In this document: positions 63,402 to 64,000 of the stretch, piece after piece
Layout: every line of letters begins with the position of its first letter
Numbering within the stretch: position 1 is the first letter of the stretch
Assembly (NCBI RefSeq): GCF_004010195.1
Contig: NC_057751.1
Location: forward strand, 12,602,908-12,666,907
Direction: 5' to 3'
DNA length: 64,000 nucleotides
DNA from: Chiloscyllium plagiosum
Lineage: Eukaryota
Program-made: the position numbers and the translations under genes
The notes under the pieces: model-generated
Database searches by the model: none
What the model was told of the DNA's origin: nothing
Seen by the model: the letters and a program-made list of their open reading frames with translations, nothing else

Positions 63402-64000
63402 TGTGATGAAGCTGCTCCTTCAAAAACGTTATGCTGTTTGTCCTTGACTTTTTTTTTCAGAGCGGTTGTAAACACCACAGACTCCAAACGTCTGGGTTTG
63501 ACAGTTTTAGGGCCAATTTGTTTCTCATAACAGATACTGCCTCAGGCTTTCAAGTAAAAACTACACTTGTACAATGAAAGGGAAGTGGCCAGTTCGCCCA
63601 GCTCAGCTTTTCTCTGGTTTGGTTTGGTTTTCAGTAATAGTGTGGAAAAAGCTGCTGGACCCAAAGAAGCAGGTCCAGGCTGGTACTCTCTCTCTGACTG
63701 TAAGAACCTGTGTTTGATTTTACCTTTTGTTCCAAGAGGTGTTTATGGAAATTGTTGCAAGTATTTGGAACAGCATAATTAAGTTGGAATGATCTGTTGG
63801 GTTTTCGGAGAGGCTAAGTTATTCAGTATTCAGTTTTCTTTTGTTTGTGTTTCATTTGGTAACTTTGTGAATAAATTCTGTTTTGTTTAAAACTAAGTGA
63901 TTTTTAACAGCTGCATCACTCCTGCAATATCTGCAGTACACCTGCTGAAATCAACTAGCGAAATTAGGGTCTGGGCTACTTTCTTGAAATGTTTTGAAGG
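63402..64000 (+). mobile_element. Possible LTR running off the window end
   Basis: Starts TGTGATG and has an LTR-like composition with AATAAA near 63870; the 3' terminus is not visible. Confidence 0.4.

Noticed and set aside
40000..64000. Expected neighbouring gene (e.g. GINS4, adjacent to GOLGA7 in human)
   Set aside because: No exon with recognisable similarity was found; short exons could have been missed without a search.

Overview
Vertebrate genomic DNA, almost certainly from an elasmobranch (shark): it is dense in HE1-type V-SINEs, CR1/HER1 LINEs and Deu-domain SINEs. One protein-coding gene can be reconstructed by hand, GOLGA7 (GCP16, the accessory subunit of ZDHHC9-type palmitoyltransferases) on the + strand. 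It has a CpG-island first exon carrying only Met-Ala-Glu (8624-8632) and coding exons at 19711-19836, 21788-21940, 25056-25157 and 32534-32581, giving 145 aa. Intron 4 is a U12 (minor spliceosome) GT-AG intron, and there is probably a further intron in the 3'UTR. The rest is intronic or intergenic DNA made of transposon remnants: CR1 LINEs, a near-full-length decayed Rex1/Babar LINE, three or four SINE families including an LF-SINE-like copy, solo LTRs and a Tigger-like MITE. There is also a 955-nt assembly gap. The most interesting signal is a set of at least eight short Penelope-type insertions, mostly palindromic. Seven have 11-18 bp target-site duplications and several carry a minimal hammerhead-ribozyme core (CUGANGA-stemII-GAAA-palindrome-UH). 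Nearly all ORFs in the supplied track are spurious or TE fragments. All family assignments come from recalled sequence similarity, not database searches.
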